Assembly (NCBI GenBank): GCA_022710715.1
Contig: JAKLGJ010000003.1
Location: forward strand, 190,527 to 254,526
Source of the DNA: Candidatus Omnitrophota bacterium
Lineage (GTDB): Bacteria > Omnitrophota > Gorgyraeia > Gygaellales > Profunditerraquicolaceae
DNA: 64,000 nt
Direction: 5' to 3'
The notes beneath the pieces were generated by a model that was given only the letters and a program-made list of their open reading frames with translations, searched no databases and was not told the origin of the DNA. Made by a program: the position numbers and the translations under genes. Of the stretch, positions 61,402 through 64,000 are shown one piece after another; the first letter of the stretch is position 1, and every line of letters starts with the position of its first letter.

Positions 61402-62325
61402 TTATTGCTTTAACAGATATGCGTGAACGGCATGCGCAGCCACTGCGCCGTCGCTCGCCGCGGTCACCACCTGGTATAAACTCTTTTCCCGGCAGTCGCC
61501 GCAGGCAAAAATCCCTTCGCGCGACGTTTTCATTCTCTCGTCGGTTATGATAAATCCCGTCTCGTCCATGTCCACCGCCCCCGCCAGAAAATCGGTGGTC
61601 GGCGCAATCCCGATAAAAACAAAGACTCCGTGGCAGGGAATCGTCTGTTCCGCGCCCGTATGCACGTGTTTGACCAGCACCCCTTCGACTTTTTTGTCGC
61701 CCAGGATCCTTGCGACTTCGCTATCCAGGATAAACGAGATTCTGGGATTCCGCTTGACCTGCTCCTGCAGTATCTCCGCCGAACGCAAATGCTGCCTGCG
61801 GTGGACGATGGTCACTTTGCTGGCAATACCCGCCAGGTAAAGCGCTTCTTCCAGCGCCCGGTCGCCGCCGCCGACGATTATCAATTCTTTGTTCTTGAAC
61901 AGCGGACCGTCGCAGGTGCCGCAATAGGAAACCCCCCTGCCGATCAACAGCTCTTCTCCGGGCACACCCAGACGTTTCCAGTGCGCGCCGGTCGCGATAA
62001 TGATGCTGCGGGTCTCGAAAACCGCGTCTTCGGTTTCCACGGCATAGACCGGATGAATGGACTGCGACGTCGCCCTGATCCCGGAGACCCGGACAGTCTC
62101 CACCTTGACGCCCAGATCGTCGATCTGGCTTTTAAAACGATCCATCAGCTCTTGGGTGCCGATCCCTCCGGGAAATCCGGGGAAATTCTCGATGGTCGGC
62201 GAAAGCAGGATCTGCCCGCCGGGAACCATCTTTTCCATGATCAACGTATTGAGCCGGTACCTGCCGGTATACAGAGCCGCAGCCAACCCTGCGGGTCCGG
62301 CGCCGATAACGATCACATCAAACAT
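61402..62325 (-). CDS. trxB: Thioredoxin-disulfide reductase family flavoprotein.
   Basis: VIGAGPAG FAD motif; CGTCDG redox motif; GGGD NADPH site. Confidence 0.8.
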   Translation of the reverse strand: MFDVIVIGAGPAGLAAALYTGRYRLNTLIMEKMVPGGQILLSPTIENFPGFPGGIGTQELMDRFKSQIDDLGVKVETVRVSGIRATSQSIHPVYAVETEDAVFETRSIIIATGAHWKRLGVPGEELLIGRGVSYCGTCDGPLFKNKELIIVGGGDRALEEALYLAGIASKVTIVHRRQHLRSAEILQEQVKRNPRISFILDSEVARILGDKKVEGVLVKHVHTGAEQTIPCHGVFVFIGIAPTTDFLAGAVDMDETGFIITDERMKTSREGIFACGDCREKSLYQVVTAASDGAVAAHAVHAYLLKQ

Positions 62326-62364
62326 AGCACAGTACTCCGTAATAGTGTTTCCGGCAGGAAGCCG

Positions 62365-62850
62365 TTAGAGATTCTTGATCTTTTTGCCCAGCAGCGCTTT
62401 CTTCCACATCGGCACATAATCGACAATCAGCTTGCCCAGAAGATGGTCTATCTCATGCTGCATCACGCAGGCCAGCATGTTCTCGGCATCCACGACCACC
62501 GGACGACCGTCTTCATCCAGCGCCTGCACGGTCACCTTTTTCGCGCGTTTGACTTTCACCGAGATACCCGGGCAGCTCAAGCATCCTTCTTCGATCGCCT
62601 GACGCCCTTCCTTTTTGACGATGCGGGGATTGATCAGCTTATACAGCCCTTTGCCGATATCCACCACGATCATGGAAATGTCCAGCCCGACCTGCGGAGC
62701 AGCCAGCCCGATGCCCGAAGATTCATACATCAGCCGCGACATCAGGGAGAGCATCCGCTTATGTTCGGCGGTGACCTGTTTCACCGGCTTTGTCTTTTTG
62801 CGCAGGACCGGGTCGCCGATCGTTCTAATCTTTAATTCGGTTTCGTTCAT
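62365..62850 (-). CDS. def: Peptide deformylase.
   Basis: [15 protein letters not shown] and HEIDHL motifs. Confidence 0.95.
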   Translation of the reverse strand: MNETELKIRTIGDPVLRKKTKPVKQVTAEHKRMLSLMSRLMYESSGIGLAAPQVGLDISMIVVDIGKGLYKLINPRIVKKEGRQAIEEGCLSCPGISVKVKRAKKVTVQALDEDGRPVVVDAENMLACVMQHEIDHLLGKLIVDYVPMWKKALLGKKIKNL

Positions 62851-63175
62851 CGACTTTCACTATAGCTGGTTTGACCTTTCGCGCCTCGAGATCCTCAACG
62901 AGCGCATACGAAAGAATGATCACCTCATCGCCCACGCAGGCGCCGCGCGCAGCCGGGCCGTTCATGCAAACGATCCCGGACCGCCGCTTTCCCTCAATGG
63001 CATAGGTTTCCAGGCGGATCCCGTTATTGACGTTAAGCACTTCGACTTTTTCGCCCGGCAGGATCGCCGCCTTTTCCAGCAGCGCGGCATCCACCGTAAT
63101 GCTGCCTTCATAATAAAGATTGCTCTCGGTTACCCGGGCGCGATGAATTTTCGATTTCAGCATTGTCCTCAACAT
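62825..63175 (-). CDS. panD: Aspartate 1-decarboxylase.
   Basis: [16 protein letters not shown]...GSIT pyruvoyl-forming motif. Confidence 0.9.
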   Translation of the reverse strand: MLRTMLKSKIHRARVTESNLYYEGSITVDAALLEKAAILPGEKVEVLNVNNGIRLETYAIEGKRRSGIVCMNGPAARGACVGDEVIILSYALVEDLEARKVKPAIVKVDERNRIKD

Positions 63176-63189
63176 AGACCTTCCTTCTG

Positions 63190-63696
63190 TTATTTCAGCG
63201 CCCCGGCCAATTCCCGCCCGAACTCTTCCGAAGCGAACGGGCCGGCGCCGGTGATCACGATCCCGTCGCGCTGCACATCCGCACCGGTGTAGATGGCGCC
63301 GTATTTTCTGATCTGGCCTTCCTCGGAAGCCCAGACGGTTGCTTTCTTATCTTTGAGTACCCCGGCGCGCGCCAGGATAACCGGCGCGATACAGATAGCG
63401 CCGATGATCTTCCCCTGCGCCGCAGCTTCGCGGACCAGCGCGTGCGCAACCGGATCATCCCAGTATTGCCGGGCGCCGTTGCCGCCGACAAAAACCACGG
63501 CGTCATAGTCGCCGGCGCGCGCATCAGCCAGCGCGATATCCGGCTGCACCACCGCGCCCAGCTTGCCCCGTGCCGGCTTGAGACTGCTGCAGGCGGTACT
63601 GATTGCGACGCCCCCCCTGCGCAGGATCTCCTTCGGCTGCAGATACTCTTCGTCGCGAAAATCTTTTTGCGCCAGAATCAACAGCGCTTTCTTCAT
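63190..63696 (-). CDS. DJ-1/PfpI-family protein.
   Basis: Nucleophile-elbow GAICIAP. Confidence 0.8.
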   Translation of the reverse strand: MKKALLILAQKDFRDEEYLQPKEILRRGGVAISTACSSLKPARGKLGAVVQPDIALADARAGDYDAVVFVGGNGARQYWDDPVAHALVREAAAQGKIIGAICIAPVILARAGVLKDKKATVWASEEGQIRKYGAIYTGADVQRDGIVITGAGPFASEEFGRELAGALK

Positions 63697-63718
63697 TGTC
63701 TGAACCTCGGACGCTCCA

Positions 63719-64000
63719 CTACCTGGCCCGGATCGCGGTCACAGCCACGCAATCCACTACATCCTCGGCCGAACATCCCCGGGACAGATCGCTGCAGGGA
63801 TTCTTCAATCCCATCAGCAACGGACCCAGGGCCCGCGCGCCGGCCAGGCGCTCGGTCAACTTATAGCCGATATTCCCGGCATCCAGATTGGGAAAAATCA
63901 ACACGCTGGCGTTTCCCGCTACCGCGCTGCCCGGAGTCTTGATTTTTGCGACGTCCGGCACGATAGCCGCGTCAAGCTGCAATTCCCCGTCAACCAGCAG
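63719..64000 (-). CDS. pta: Phosphate acetyl/butyryl-transferase, C-terminal part only (gene continues beyond the window).
   Basis: C-terminal Pta motifs IFPNLDAGNIGYKL...GPLLMGL. Confidence 0.6.
   Translation of the reverse strand: MLVDGELQLDAAIVPDVAKIKTPGSAVAGNASVLIFPNLDAGNIGYKLTERLAGARALGPLLMGLKNPCSDLSRGCSAEDVVDCVAVTAIRAR

Overview
This 64-kb window is coded almost entirely on the minus strand. It appears to come from a Gram-negative, motile, probably anaerobic bacterium of about 60% GC, with a roughly 9-kb AT-rich glycan island at about 8.6-17.9 kb. I found no rRNA, tRNA or CRISPR by eye.

Left to right:
- (1) A 5'-complete, 3'-truncated secreted protein with PATR-like beta-strand repeats (1-1778, -). 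It is absent from the ORF track because its stop lies outside the window.
- (2) An accessory patch of about 4 kb (2.0-6.2 kb) packed with an 80-bp REP-like element. There are seven full copies and one partial copy in the window, five of them here. The patch holds a REP-associated tyrosine transposase (RAYT) and an exosortase(XrtA)-EpsI pair bracketed by two paralogous ORF6N-domain proteins.
- (3) A PEP-CTERM/EPS-type polysaccharide locus (6.1-25.4 kb):
  - biosynthesis genes: tandem GT26, deacetylase, secreted GH5-like hydrolase, two GT2, a Wzy-like polymerase, a pyruvyl transferase plus an F420H2-dehydrogenase-like FeS protein, and rfbA;
  - export and polymer genes: Wzx, a Wzz/degenerate BY-kinase fusion, a Wza-like exporter, a priming sugar transferase and an outer-membrane beta-barrel.
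- (4) A REC-only response regulator, a hybrid histidine kinase, and korAB with a TVP38, UbiA(DPPR-synthase-like) and polytopic membrane protein operon next to a PilZ gene.
- (5) CheW, an MCP, a PAS-domain pseudogene, and motAB placed 3 nt behind a complete F1Fo operon (atpZ-I-B-E-F-H-A-G-D-C).
- (6) A dense REC/GAF/PAS histidine-kinase cluster that includes a 1280-aa multi-PAS HisKA_2 kinase and an isolated excisionase-type HTH.
- (7) flgM with a near-consensus sigma28 promoter, and an XRE-cupin regulator operon.
- (8) Housekeeping genes: queH, MBL hydrolase, an NYN-domain protein, purC, pckG, trxB, def, panD, DJ-1/PfpI and a partial pta.

Most interesting:
- the REP/RAYT-ORF6N-exosortase cassette;
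- an unusual Kor-TVP38-UbiA-membrane protein operon;
- the atp-motAB operon fusion;
- leaderless TGnTATAAT promoters;
- a possible nucleotidyltransferase/small-ORF pair embedded in the EPS locus.
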